Below are positions 45,192 through 57,857 of a DNA stretch of 62,000 nucleotides, in pieces. Made by a program: the position numbers and the translations under genes. The DNA is taken from positions 300,001 through 362,000 of the forward strand of contig NW_008806277.1 in NCBI RefSeq assembly GCF_000400465.1, written 5' to 3'. The notes under the pieces are model-generated. The model had not been told where the DNA came from, did no database searches, and saw only the letters and a list, made by a program, of their open reading frames with translations. Within the stretch, counting starts at the first letter, position 1, and each line of letters begins with the position of its first letter. Origin of the DNA: Wallemia ichthyophaga EXF-994. Its lineage: Eukaryota > Fungi > Basidiomycota.

Positions 45192-46747
45192 ATGTCACCT
45201 AAACGCGTGTAAGTTGTGTTGATATCGTCTGCAATCAACTCACCATGGTAATCGGTTTGGGTTTGTCCCTTCATTCTCTCCCTCGCAGACGATTTGGACC
45301 ACGAGATCCAAGTGGTAACGATGGCAATTTAGGCGCACCAAAATCCAGCCCTGCAGCTTCTGTCTCTCCGCTACTCTTCTTCCCCGAGCCTGAGAACGCG
45401 GACGCGAACTCAAACGGGCCGCCAGCACTGGCATCACCACCACCGCCCGCACCGCCAGCAGCTGAGACCAAGGGGAAAAAGGAGAGGAAGAAGAGCATCA
45501 AGCGGAAGCCTTTACCTAAAGACAAAGACAAACACAAGGATAATGACAAGGACAAAAAGGCAAATCAGGAAAAACCAGAAGCAGAGCACGAGGGAGAGAA
45601 TAAAGGTACAGTCGCTTTTATAAACACACCAACACTGGTAGCTGAAGATTTCTATTCTGAAGATGGCCACGGTTCGCCCATGTCTGTGCCGATGGCCAAT
45701 GCAGACGACGAGCCGATTATAGAGGACTTGTTTCACGAGATCGAACGTGACTCGAGGCTGCTCAAAGCTGAGCATGATAAGGAGAACGATAAGAGAGATT
45801 ATAAGGAGGTTGACGCCGAGAAGGAAGATGAGACACCTGCTATTCCGGACACTAGCGCGAGCGAAGCTGAGACAAGCAATACAAGCAATACAGGTGGTGG
45901 CTCAGGCTCAGGCAAAAAGAAGAAGAAGAAGAAGGGTAAAGGTGGTGGTGCCGGTGGTGCTGGTGGTGGCGAGAAACCCGCGGACAAGCCAACAGACGAA
46001 GCAGCGCCTAAATCAGAAGAAAATGTAGAAGATAAACCTACAGAAGACAAGCCAGCACAAGATAAATCACCCCTCCCACCAACGCCAGATGCGCCGCCTG
46101 CACCACCCAAAGACGAGATAGAAATGAAAGACAATGCTCCACCAACAGAGGCAGGAGAATCGGCAGAACAATCACTCCCAATACCACCAGTAGATATAAA
46201 GATAGATGGACCAGCTGAAATAAAGATAGATCCACCGATAGACGGGCCAGCTGAAATAAAGATCGAACCGCCTGAAAGCGATAAGCAAGGCCAAGATAAT
46301 CCAGCCATGAACCCACCAAAGGCGCCAACAACAGCAGTAAGCTCATCCTTTGGTGACATGGACTCAACAGCACCACCACTCTCAACACCACCGACATCGC
46401 CTCCAGCGTCTCGTCCTGGGACACCACCGCCTGCAACTACGCCAAATATGCAAAATATGCCCCCTGCGCACAGTCAATACGATCCACAGACCATGTTTGA
46501 AGACGGGAGACCATCACTCCTATCAGTCGCATTTCACGCTATTGCTTTCAACAAAGACAGTCTAGCTATACCGCCCCATCCTGGAAATGATGTGCTCATG
46601 AACTCAACTATTAATATGGTGGATAGAGATGTCGACCTCTTGCCACAGACTGAGAGAACTGGGTTTACAGGTGAGGTGTCTGAGATGGCCAAACAGCTTA
46701 TTGCGGCTAGTAACGAGTTAAGGAAAGCGTGGCATGGATCTATGTGA
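45192..46747 (+). CDS. Hypothetical low-complexity protein (Lys, Pro, Glu-rich); likely start 45192 with intron 45209-45289
   Basis: ATG TCA CCT AAA CGC GT|gtaagt...cgcag|A CGA TTT joins in frame to ORF 45245-46747; no recognisable domain. Confidence 0.7.
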
Positions 46748-47148
46748 ATCTTGGGTCAATGTTAATATGGCACTGTGTATTTAGACTATAAATTGTTGTA
46801 TCATTAGCACATTTGATTAAATTACGGCGATTACTCATTCTTTATCACTTAAAGTCTTCATTAATTGGGACTTGATATGGATGATCTTTTAATTAATGGT
46901 TAATTACTCCTTCCTGATTTGGTAGGTCCGCAAATGAAAGGTTGTGAAAGTTTTCATATCTTTGGGCTTATGTAAAGGGGAAATAGGTATTGAAATAAAT
47001 TGAAGAAACCTTGAGTACAGAAAAAGCCTTTTCAATTTGAATAAAGCTTCAATCACTCCATCTCTCAGAAAATCGCAATTACTGAAAATTTTGATAATCG
47101 CCGAACCCAAGAAACATTGACCAAATAAGGATAAATTTAATCTTACAG

Positions 47149-47156
47149 TATAAATA
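47149..47156 (+). promoter_or_regulatory. Candidate TATA box of the copper radical oxidase gene
   Basis: TATAAATA ~68 nt upstream of ATG 47224 in an AT-rich intergenic region. Confidence 0.55.
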
Positions 47157-47223
47157 GCTAGAAATATTTCTTCACACACTCTAACTTGATCCATACCATT
47201 CACGAAACACCTTACAGCAAGAT

Positions 47224-49311
47224 ATGCGCAACAACAACATCAAGAGAAGCAGCCTTTTAGCAGCTGCATCGCTCCTCGCTGCAGGCCAAGCAGCTAACCC
47301 TGGTGGTTATGAGTTGGTAAGGCTGATCCCTATGTTCATGCCCGCCCGCTCTAACAAGGTTCAGGTCGGTGATTCACTCGTCAGTGCACAGATGGCATTC
47401 TTGGGCCGTGACGGCAATGTTTGGATCGTTGACAAGACTGAGAACAATCCAGCTCAGATAAACGGTCATCCTGTCAGTTGCTTCTCTTTCCGCTATCACC
47501 ATCTTCTTACAATTCTCAAAAGGCATGGGCGGCTGTCTATAATCCTAAAGATAACACAGCCGAGCCAAAAGATATCATAACAAATTCCTTCTGCGCCGGC
47601 GGTGCTGTTCTCGGTGATGGCAGATGGCTCAACGTCGGCGGCAATCAGGCAGTTACCCACGGAGGTGTGAGTTTGGCTTATAAATACGCGTCTGAACGAT
47701 CTCATCTTACACTCTAATTAGGCTGCGGTCAACAGCTTCCCAGACCATCCAAATCCATACCAAAACGAAGACGGTGGTGCGGCTATCCGTCTCCTCGATC
47801 TCGCAGGATCCAAGGAATGGTCAGATAACAACCAGTTCATGACGGGCAGAAGATGGTACCCAACCGTCGAGACTCTCGGAGGCGGTGACGCTGTTATTAT
47901 GGGTGGTGATCAATGGGGTGGATACATCAACGGCGAAGCGCAAAACAATCCAACGTGAGTTCATCTCAATAACTGAGTTAGATGATGTGTTTACACGGTT
48001 TCTAGTTACGAGTTCTTCCCTCCACGCGAAGGCGATCCAGTTGATTTTGATTTCCTCGGCGAGCGCACAATGCCAATCAACTTATATCCACTCGCTTACC
48101 TCCTCCCATCTGGTAGACTCTTCGTGCAAGCCATGTACGCCGCGATCGTATGGGATCTTGATGACAAGTACGAAGCCAAGACTTTACCAGATATTCCACA
48201 CGCCGCTAGAGCTTATCCAGCTAGTGGTGCTACTGCAGTATTACCCTTGACTCCAGAAAATGATTATAACCCCTCATTCCTCTTCTGTGGTGGCCAAGAT
48301 ATTCCTCAAGACGGTTGGGGTGACGCTGGCGGACCAGGATTCGACATTACAAAGAAATTGGCTGACACTTCCTGCGTTAAGATCCAACCAGAAGGCAGTG
48401 AGAATCCAGAGTGGGAAGAAGATGATGAACTTCCAGAGCCACGCACAATGGGTAACTTTGTCTACCTCCCTAATGGTAAAATGGTCCTTTTGAACGGTGG
48501 TGCCACAGGTTCAGCTGGATATGGTAATAAAACTTGGGCTGTTGGACAGTCTTACGCCGATGAACCAACCTATACGCCTCTGATCTTCGATCCTTCAGCC
48601 CCACAAGGCGAGCGCATTTCTCGCGATGGTTTGGGGAGCTCCGACATTGCAAGATTGTACCACAGTGTAGCAACACTTTTGGAAGATGGTTCTGTATGGG
48701 TCTCAGGATCGAATCCAAACGTCGATGTGATCCAGACACCACATCGTCAATGGAACACAGATTACAGAGTCGAGAGATGGTACCCAACTTGGTTCAACGA
48801 ACCTAGACCACAACCTCAAGGATTGCCAGATGTCTTATCATACGGTGGCGATTCATTTGACATACAACTTTCATCCTCAGATCTCAAAGGAAATTCGGAT
48901 AATCTTGAGAATGTCAAGGCGGTTGTTATCAGACCTGGATTTTCGACACACGCTATGAACTTTGGACAGAGATATCTCGAGTTGCGCACATCATATACGG
49001 CAACTTCGGAAGAGGAGGGAGTGTTGCATGTGGGACAGATGCCAAACAACCCTAACATATTCCAGCCAGGACCTGCACTTATCTTTGTCACTGTCGATGG
49101 TATTCCTAGCTACGGCCATTGGGTAACGATTGGATCGGGAGAAATCGGGCAGCAACCAACCAAGGAGAACTCGCAATTGCCAGAGTCTAGTAGAGCGGAG
49201 AAGTCAAGCTCAAACGCACAAGACAGTTCAAGCATTCGTCACTACAGCGGATCAGTCGTTGGTGCTGTGGCTATCGGAGCACTTGGACTTGTGGCATTGG
49301 TTTGTGTTTAG
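47224..49311 (+). CDS. Copper radical oxidase / glyoxal oxidase (CAZy AA5_1), secreted, with a C-terminal GPI/TM-like tail
   Basis: Signal peptide; VSAQMAFLG, TNSFCAGG, RRWYPT, NLYP, RLYHSVA.LLEDGSV.VSGSNPN and PGFSTHAMNFGQR supply the Cys, Tyr, Tyr-His and His ligands; Ser-rich spacer plus hydrophobic C-terminus. Confidence 0.92.
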
Positions 49312-49765
49312 ATGATTGAGTTATAACATACCACGGACAATTTTGCTCTTATTTCTACTCACGCTGTACATATTTTCTTTCTCCTCATTGTATATATTTA
49401 TTCATTATGTGCTTATCGATCAATGACGTTATTATGTGAATTTGTAACTGAGTAGTCGCAGTAAATTGAGAATTTTTCACCCAGGTAGAACTGTGAATTA
49501 GGCTTAGCCTAATACTCCCACTGACTCGGAATAAAAAATTCTACAAAAATTCACCAAATTCGTCAATTCGCCACGCTAAAGTCACACAAGCGCAACGACG
49601 ACGAGGAAGGAAGCGAGAAATTAAATAAAAATACAAAGAAAGCAAAAGAAGCAAAGAAAGCAAGACAAAGAACGTTTCTATCTGGATTTCTATCTCGATT
49701 CCCTGGACAGGCTGTCAATCGACGTCAAATCTTAATTAATCCTACTGGCTTTATCGATTACAACG

Positions 49766-52356
49766 ATGCCGATTCTCTATCCGGCACTTTTAGACAGCAT
49801 ACAGCTCACAAGGAGAGCAGGCGTTTTCCAAGGCGGGAAGCCTAACGAGGTCAGCTCATCCGATCCACTATCCTTATTCGTTATTCAAGCATCTTTCATT
49901 ATCATTTTCACAAGGGCTATCGGTTACCTACTGGCCAAAATGAGACAGCCGAGAGTTATCGCTGAACTCATCGGCGGTATCATTCTCGGACCCAGTATAT
50001 TCGGCCAGATACCCAACTACATGGATGATATCTTTCCAGAAGACTCCTTACCTTATCTGAATCTCATTGGTACACTCGGCATTATTCTCTTCTTATTTAT
50101 TATTGGCATGGAGATTGATTTCACTGTTTTGAGAAAACGCGTCAAATCTGGCTTGGCTGTAGCTTCAACTACCCTTGCAATCCCGTTAGGCGCTGGTATA
50201 GCTTTGGGCGTTGGTTTATGGAAGCAATTTAGCCACAATCAAGACGTTTACTTTTCTCATTACATTCTTTTCATCGGTATAGCTATTTCTGTCAGTGTCT
50301 CATTTCCTATCCACCCTTACATCTAACTTCTACACAGATTACAGCTTTCCCCGTTCTTTGTCGTATACAGGTGGAGCACAAGCTCACACACACACCTGTA
50401 GGTGCTGTCACCATGTCAGCCGGTGTCATCAACGACGTCGTAGGATGGATCCTACTCTCCATCATTGTCGCACTAATTAACGCAGATGGTAGCATCATCA
50501 CTTTGTGGATTCTATTAGTAATCCTCGGTTGGACACTACTCATGGTTTTCGCAATCAGACCTCTTTTCTACGCCTTTGCAAGACGTAATGGCAGTTTAGA
50601 CGGTAGTGGTCCAAGTGAATTTGTTATCATGTTGTCGCTCTTACTCGTCTTCATATCTTCATTCCTCACTGACATTGTCGGTGTGCATCCAATCTTTGGT
50701 GCTTTCTTAGTCGGTTTGATTATGCCCAAAGAAGGTAGATTCAATGTTATCATTACTGAGAAGATTGAAGATGTCGTTATGATCATTTTCGTACCAATAT
50801 TCTTCGGTTTGGTCGGTATACAAACTGATCTCTCTTTACTCAACTCTGGAACTATCTGGGGATATACAATATTGGTTATAGCTGTAGCCTTCTTCTCAAA
50901 GTTCCTCTCTGGCGCTGTCACAGCTAAGCTCTGTAGATTTAATGTCAGAGAAAGCGGTGCGATTGGTACACTCATGTCTTGCAAGGGACTGGTAGAGATC
51001 ATCGTCCTGAATGTTGGACTTCAAACTTCGATCTTAGATAGGAGAGTGTTTTCAATGATGATTTTTATGGCAGTTATCACAACGTTCATCACAACCCCAA
51101 TGGCACGCATCATGTACCCATCTAAACACCGTCCAATGAAGATGGATGAAGATGGCGAAGAGGATGAAAAACCGAGGCCATCGACAGAAAAAGGTCAATT
51201 GGATAGATACCTAATGGTAATGCAAAAAATGGAACATGTATCGACTCTACTCCACTTCACCAAACTCCTCGAATCGGATAAACAGCAGCATCATATAGAT
51301 GCACTGAGATTAGTTGAACTCACAGAGAGAACTTCTGATGCACTTCGATCTGAAACTCAAGAGATGAAATCAGATCCATTGTTGGGAATATTTACGACGT
51401 TCGCACATCTGCGCAATATGATCTGCCACCCACTGTTGAGTCTGACGCTGCAGGATAACTTTGCAGAAACTGTAGCTGAACAGGCAAATGAGAGTGATCT
51501 CGTCGTTTTGCCATGGAAGAGTCACAGAGAGGCTATTGAGAAGGAGCAGCAAGCAGGACATCAGAATCCATTCGACACGTTATTCAACCTTCAAAGTGCT
51601 TCACAAAGATATATACAATTCGTAAGGAAAGTACAGTCGCAATCGATGGCATCTACAGCGATTTACCTCGATCAAGGTAGTGTGGATGACGGGGACAGTT
51701 GGAATGGAATGACGATATTCATGCCATTTTTCGGTGGATCAGATGATAGAACGGCATTAAAATTGGTCCAGCAACTGTGTAATAGACAGGATGTTAATGC
51801 AATAGTTGTTCGGATCAAGAAGGAGTTGGAAACCAAGGCATCTAATGATACGACGACGGGACAATTAACCGAGTATTCACCACACGCTCTCCCAGATACA
51901 ATTTATGCGGCACAGAATACGCAGCAAATGTTAGAATCTGAAACAGCTGATGATCTTTGTTGGATGGAGTGTATTAGAGTAGCTGGTGGACTTGGAATGG
52001 AAATGAGGGAGAGTATGTCTTCTAAGCCACTCTATGAGGCTACAGGAGTAGCAAAGCAAGTTAAGGAAGGGTGTAGTGGACAAATGTTAGTAGTTTGCGG
52101 AAGAAGTCGGAATAAAGAGAACCATAGGCAGGAATTGGCAACGATATTGGAATCTGAAGGGATACAGAATCAGCCATCAGCACTCGCGGCTAACAGGTTT
52201 AATCATTTATTCCAAGTTAGTGCACCGCCCTCACCATCGACGCATCAGCAAATTGGACAAGAGGAACGCAAGACGCTAGGGGAACTGGCGACAGCATTGA
52301 TAATAAAGTTAGTAGACGTTTCAGCAATAATTGTACAATCATCTAAATCTGTTTAA
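49766..52356 (+). CDS. KHA1: CPA2-family K+(Na+)/H+ antiporter Kha1, one intron
   Basis: RQPRVIAELIGGIILGPS, LFLFIIGMEID, TAFPVLCRI, AGVINDVVGWILL, GVHPIFGAF and LMSCKGLVEIIVLNVG; USP-like C-terminal region with FMPFFGGSDDRTAL. Confidence 0.9.
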
Positions 52357-52412
52357 ATCTGTTTGAATAAATTTTCCTTCTTCTTAGACAGTCAACAAGC
52401 GTACTTGGAGAA

Positions 52413-54348
52413 TGCCAAAAATAAGGAAGAGTGAGAATACATTTAGTGATAAAGAGTAAAGGCTAAGATGTACACCCCCAGAAACATCAAAGAGAACGGG
52501 ATTGTTCGAGCGTGCAAAGATAAAGCAGAAAGCTAAAGAGACACGGAGGAAAAGGTCTAGGGATGAAAGGAGGGATCCGACATGGAGAAATAACAAGAAG
52601 AAGAAGGCTGATCCAGGTATACCGAACAGTTTACCCTTCAAGGAAGAAGTTTTGGCGGAAATTGAAGAGAAACGTACAAATGCTCTTGAAGCAAGAGAAG
52701 CTGCAAAGGCCGCTAAAGCTGCTGGTGAAGACGTAGAATTGAGCGAGAGCGATGAGGAAGATGAAGTGGGCGACGATGTGGACGATGACCACCCAGACTC
52801 AATCCCTCAACTCATCGACTCATCAATCACCACAGAAGCACCAAGCAACTTTGGTGAAAGCGTTGATGCAGCGGATGTCATTCTTCAAGTACTCGACGCT
52901 AGAGACCCACAAGGATTCAGAGTTGAAGCGTTGGAGAAGCTTTCAAAGCAGAAGAAAGTAGTCGTTATTCTCAATAAAGTTGATTTGGTTCCGAAAGAGA
53001 CTGTTAGAAGTTGGTTCAACACTCTCAACAGCCTCCTTCCTACCATTGTTTTCGCTTCTTCTGCTCATATTAATCCAATTGAAGGCTTAGAAGGGTGTCT
53101 TACAGCAGATACTGGCGTTGATGCACTCAAAAACCTACTTAGCTCATACTCAAAGGATAAGAAGGGCAAAAACCCTCTCAAAGTTCTCGTCGCTGGATTG
53201 CCAAACGTTGGAAAATCTGCACTCTTAAACACTCTGATTAAGCAACCATACTTTAAGACAGCTTCAGTTTCAACAAACTCCTTAATCGGCGCTAAGAACC
53301 CAACGACGACAACGACATCCATCTCTGCTGTCAATGTCGATGGCATTGTCTACATTGATTCACCTGGTTTATACTTTATTGGTCAATCTGGGCATTACGC
53401 TGCAGATATCCTCAGAAGGAACCTCGGCAGACCTGATAAAGTTAGAGAACCTCAACTTTTAGCAGACTGGATATTAAACAGATCAAATGAGGAAGATTTG
53501 ATGATGTTCTTCAAATTGCCTGCATTTGCTTCAGGCGATTATGAAGCTTTCTTTAAATCATTCGCCAATGTCGTAGGTCGTGTGAAGAAGAGGGGTGTTT
53601 TGGATGTTAATGGTGCTATGAGGGACTTTATTCTCAAGTACGTCAAGTATGATATGCCTTACTACACTGTTGCACCTGCAAATGACAAGCAGGAGAAGCA
53701 GAAGAAGGTGAAACAGATCAAAGGTGTCACTGATGTCGTTGCTCGGGATATCGATCGACTGCCTTCGAGAAAGCCAATGAGGAAGGCCAGAGGAGAGGTC
53801 AGACTCGTGGCTGCTCCTTCCGATGCTACAATCGAGAGCCGCGAATATGTCCCTACTGTTGGTGGTCCCGTCGAAGAAGAGAGTGAAGAAGAGCAAGCCG
53901 AAGACGATGAGGATGATGAAGAGGAGGACGACGACGAAGATGAGGATAATCAGGATATCGATGTACTTGGCGCTGTTGAGGATATGGAAGAACATGACAT
54001 GACTGTGGGTGACATGTTAGACCTTAACCCCCAACTACTAACCTTTTTGAATAGCCCGACGCCAACATTGAACCAGAAGCTCCATCTTCACCTCCACCGA
54101 AACACTCTAAGAAGAGGAAGGAGAGAGCACCCAAGGTGAAGTTTGCCAAGGAAGTGGAGACTTCGGATGCACCAAAGTCTAACAACAAGGCCACTGTCAG
54201 CAAAATTAAGACGAACAAGGAAATTGAGAAGCCAAAGCCAGCCAAGAAGGCAAAGGTTGAAGAAGGTGTATCAGCCAAGCAAGGACTCAAAGGGAAGAAG
54301 TCGGACAAGGTGGAAGGAGAAGCATTCGACTTTAACGAGTTCTTCTGA
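52413..54348 (+). CDS. NUG1: Nucleolar circularly permuted GTPase Nug1/Grn1 (GNL3-like)
   Basis: MPKIRK|KTSKR...DPGIPNSLPFKEEVL (GN3L_Grn1 N-terminus); G4 LNKVDL precedes G1 GLPNVGKS and G3 IDSPG; ends EAFDFNEFF*. Confidence 0.85.
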
Positions 54349-54458
54349 TGATTTGTTTTAGAATGAATTGAGTGTAATACAACATCATGAATATATTAAC
54401 TTATTAGGGGATGAATACGGTAAAATGTGAGATGATGAGATAAAGGAATTAAGTGAAA

Positions 54459-57400
54459 CTACCAACTGAAGCTCTCCTCGAATGCCACAGTCTTGGTTTT
54501 TGATTTGGAAACCAAGTTTTTCATCGTAAGGTTTAGCGCATCAGGGCCGCAGGTAGCAACGAGCAGAGCGTTATCATCGACCAGCTCCGACTCCTGACTG
54601 AATATAGTGTCCAATTTAGGTCTACCGCTTCGAGCAAACTCTGCAATGGAGAAGAGGTCACCTTCCTCAATAGCGTCGAGGACGATGTTATCAGGATCAG
54701 GCATTTTCAATTGAGATGTGTGTGATGTGTGTGGTGTATGTGAAGCTTGAGGGTCTGAATTAGATTGATCGATGGTGTGAACCTTGGGTGTCTCAGCGAA
54801 TGTTATATTAGGTGCATGTGTTGGTTTGTCAGGATGCGTGAGGGTTGTTTGAGTTGGATGCATATGAACGCTATGACCCATATTTGACCTCGCTCTAGCT
54901 ATATCACCCTCTGCACTGATCAGTATGCTCAACTCTCTCTCGACGGCCGGAGCAGGCTCGTTATCTTCACCGTCGAAGTCGACGAAATCGTTAATACTCG
55001 ACCGTTTGTTAATATCGTCTATGTCTTCTTCTGCGAACTGGTTGGACGCTGCAGTGGTGAAATCTGATTCTGCCACGTGATCCTGGTACTGCTGCTGCTG
55101 TTGCTGTTGCTTTTGCTTTTGCTCTCGCTCTCGCACTGGAGGCAAGTTCTTGTCGATTTGCGGCGAGCTCCGCGCTGACCGGAACGAGGGCTGTATACGA
55201 CTAGCAGAGTGCGTCGCATTGACAGCAACTGGAGGTACTTGTAGAGTTGGAGTGATGGAAGCTGCCGCTGTCTGCATGCTGAGGTCACTATGAGAGCGAC
55301 CCAAGTCACCCGCATCGCCCGAATCCTCACCCAGATTGGTTGCAGGTGTGTAGAAGCGCTGCACAGGCGAGCGTGGCGGCGAGTACGGCGATCCACCCGC
55401 GTCTCCTGCGTAAGGAGCTGCTGGCGTCGGCGGGAAAGGCGAATCAGGTGATGGGAAAAAGGAGCTTATAGTATTAGGTGCGTCGATTGTGGGCTGCGAT
55501 GTGACGAATATCTCGAGCTGGAATGCGTCTTGCGGGAGAAGTGTGGCACATCTGCGCAACGCACTGGCAACCCATTGTACATGCGCAAACTCCTTGACGA
55601 GCCACACGAGCCTCACGCGTCGCAGTGGTCCCGCGCCGAGGCTGATAACGTTAGTGACATGCTGCAAGATCGACACGCCGAACTGTGAACGTTGTCAGGA
55701 TGGCTGTAATAAAAGATAACCGTCCACACTCACACTTATTCCGCTCCCACCACAGACGAGTAGAATGGAGGAGTAGTTGGACCATCGCACCCGCCCCGCA
55801 CTGCCGAAGGGGCCGTCGATAAGAGCACGGATGTACACAGGCGGTGCTGCGCAGGGGAGGTAGCTGTGCGCATCGTTCCTATGCTCAGTGCCATTCCCAT
55901 TCCCGTTCCCGTCGCTCCGCTGCTGCTGCTCGCTCGTAATGAACTTGGGCTGGCGCATCAATCTCACCTTCTCCCACAGCTTGCGCGTCCAGCCGCTCTT
56001 GGCACGCACAATTACCACCACTTTATAAGGATCGTCTTCTGAGACATTTGCAATAGTGAATGGATGCGCACCGAAGCGGGAAATCTCCGGGATGATGATA
56101 GATGCGTGCTGGCCAGGCTGCCAGTGGAGTGGCGACGACAGACACAGCGTCAGCCGTACGCTCTTGCCAGGCAACAGCTGTGCATGTGTGAACCCAGTCG
56201 GATGCGAACGTCTAATCGGGAAAGACAGGCTGCTGGGTGGGGGAACGAGAGATGGTGTGGAGGTATCCTTCTTCGCACCATCCTTTTCCTTGTTCACTAC
56301 TGCTGTAGGTGAGAGATACTTCTCGACGCTGTCGTTGGATTTGTTTACTGTTGTCTTGCTTTGGCTTTGGCTGTTGGTGTTGCTCCGGGTGCTACTCTCG
56401 TCAGCCACCGCTTCCCGGCTCTTTTCGAGCTCCTCCCAGCCGAGCAGCGTGAGGTTTGCGGGCTTGTCCATCTGCGGAGAGACAAGAGACCTGATCGTTT
56501 GGGCGGGGCGCATGACCGTCGACCAGTGCACACCAGCGCCTGTACCTGATCCTGGTCCTGCATTCCCCTTGCCCTTCTTCATTTCACCCGCAAATCGTCC
56601 AGCGCCGGCATTGAGCCAGAGCACACGGAGACCGCGCCAGACGCGCTCAGCGAGCCAGAACGCCAGCGGGGTCCAAATAAACGGTGCAAGTGGCTTGTAG
56701 TGTATCCCTGCTGCGACGAGAAAAGCGAAGACAAGAACTATGTGCACAATGTGAAACAGTGCGTAGAATTTGTTACGGATGGGTGGGATAGAGAGGACAA
56801 GGATGAATGATAGAAAAAGGAGAGCCTGTAAAGAGTGTAAGAGCGTATCTCATAATCCGCAAACACACAACCACCCACCATAAACCCAGAAGAGTTAGTG
56901 CGCGATGACCATATCTCATTCCAAACACCTGTCTCATCCCTCTCTGGCCATGTGTGCTTAATCCAGAGAACCGTATGAGCGAAACTAAACGCCCACACCC
57001 CGACTCCACTCACGAAATGGAACAGAACGGCCTTGTCGAAATGGAGATTGGTGAAAAACTTCCAAGCGAATATAGCAAATGGTGGCATCTTTAGTCCGAG
57101 TATTACGACGAGCGGTGTGAGTATAAATGCCATCACACCTGTCCTATCAAAGGCATTCCTCTCCATTGAGTCGTGTATGTCGGAGCTAGTTCTCGAGAGT
57201 ACCATTGAAGGTGACTCAGGGCCAGTCAAGACGAGCATCGTGGGGAATGCACACAACGCCAGTATTCCAATCATGTGCGCTGTTGATGGGAGTGTGATGT
57301 ATGACCGGTGATTGGCTGTGTAGCGCAGCGTTGGAGTGTAGAGCGACCAACGCGTAAATTTGTTGTAGATGCCATTCTTATGCGTTAGGCCAGTTTGCGT

Positions 57401-57589
57401 CACTAATGCTGTTACACACGCAATCACTGCGAATACTAGAATGAGAAGATATCCGTAGAAAATCGCTGGACTGCCGTGCTCATGATCGTGATCGCCGTGT
57501 TCACCGTGATCTGCGTCCGCGCCACCTTGCTCTGCTTGAGCTTGTGCTATTGACAAGAACGCAGAAACTGCTAAAAACGCCTTTATCAT
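54459..57589 (-). CDS. Ferric reductase / NADPH-oxidase-like transmembrane flavocytochrome (FRE family)
   Basis: Signal peptide, TM helices with spaced His (FHFVSG...SFAH; FHIVH), FAD motif HPFTIA, NADPH motifs DGPFGS and CGGSGIS, and terminal ATCGP...ESFSW. Confidence 0.87.
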
Positions 57590-57857
57590 TTTTGTTTTGC
57601 CCTCTTAAACCTACGTTAACGATGAAAATTACGTTGAAAAAGCTAAATTGATGGCGTTGATGATTGATTAAACGAAAGATCTAGATCCACAGTAGCCAAA
57701 TTGCTTATAATTAATCAATTATTTCCGTATTTGGAAGGTTGATGACGGCATAATTTCATCTGAAACAGACAGGAGAATTTTCCAAAATTCCATTTAATAG
57801 TTAAGTTATATTTAAGATATATTAAGAATAGGGTTTTAAATTTTCATTTTACTCATT

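Noticed and set aside
45019-45222. 67-aa plus-strand ORF upstream of the 500-aa ORF
   Set aside because: No homology cue; its end overlaps the better-supported first exon (ATG 45192) and intron donor. Kept only as a possible uORF.
45799-46436. 186-aa and 132-aa minus-strand ORFs
   Set aside because: Shadows of the low-complexity plus-strand protein.
56056-56700. 214-aa plus-strand ORF
   Set aside because: Antisense to the ferric reductase FAD-binding exon.
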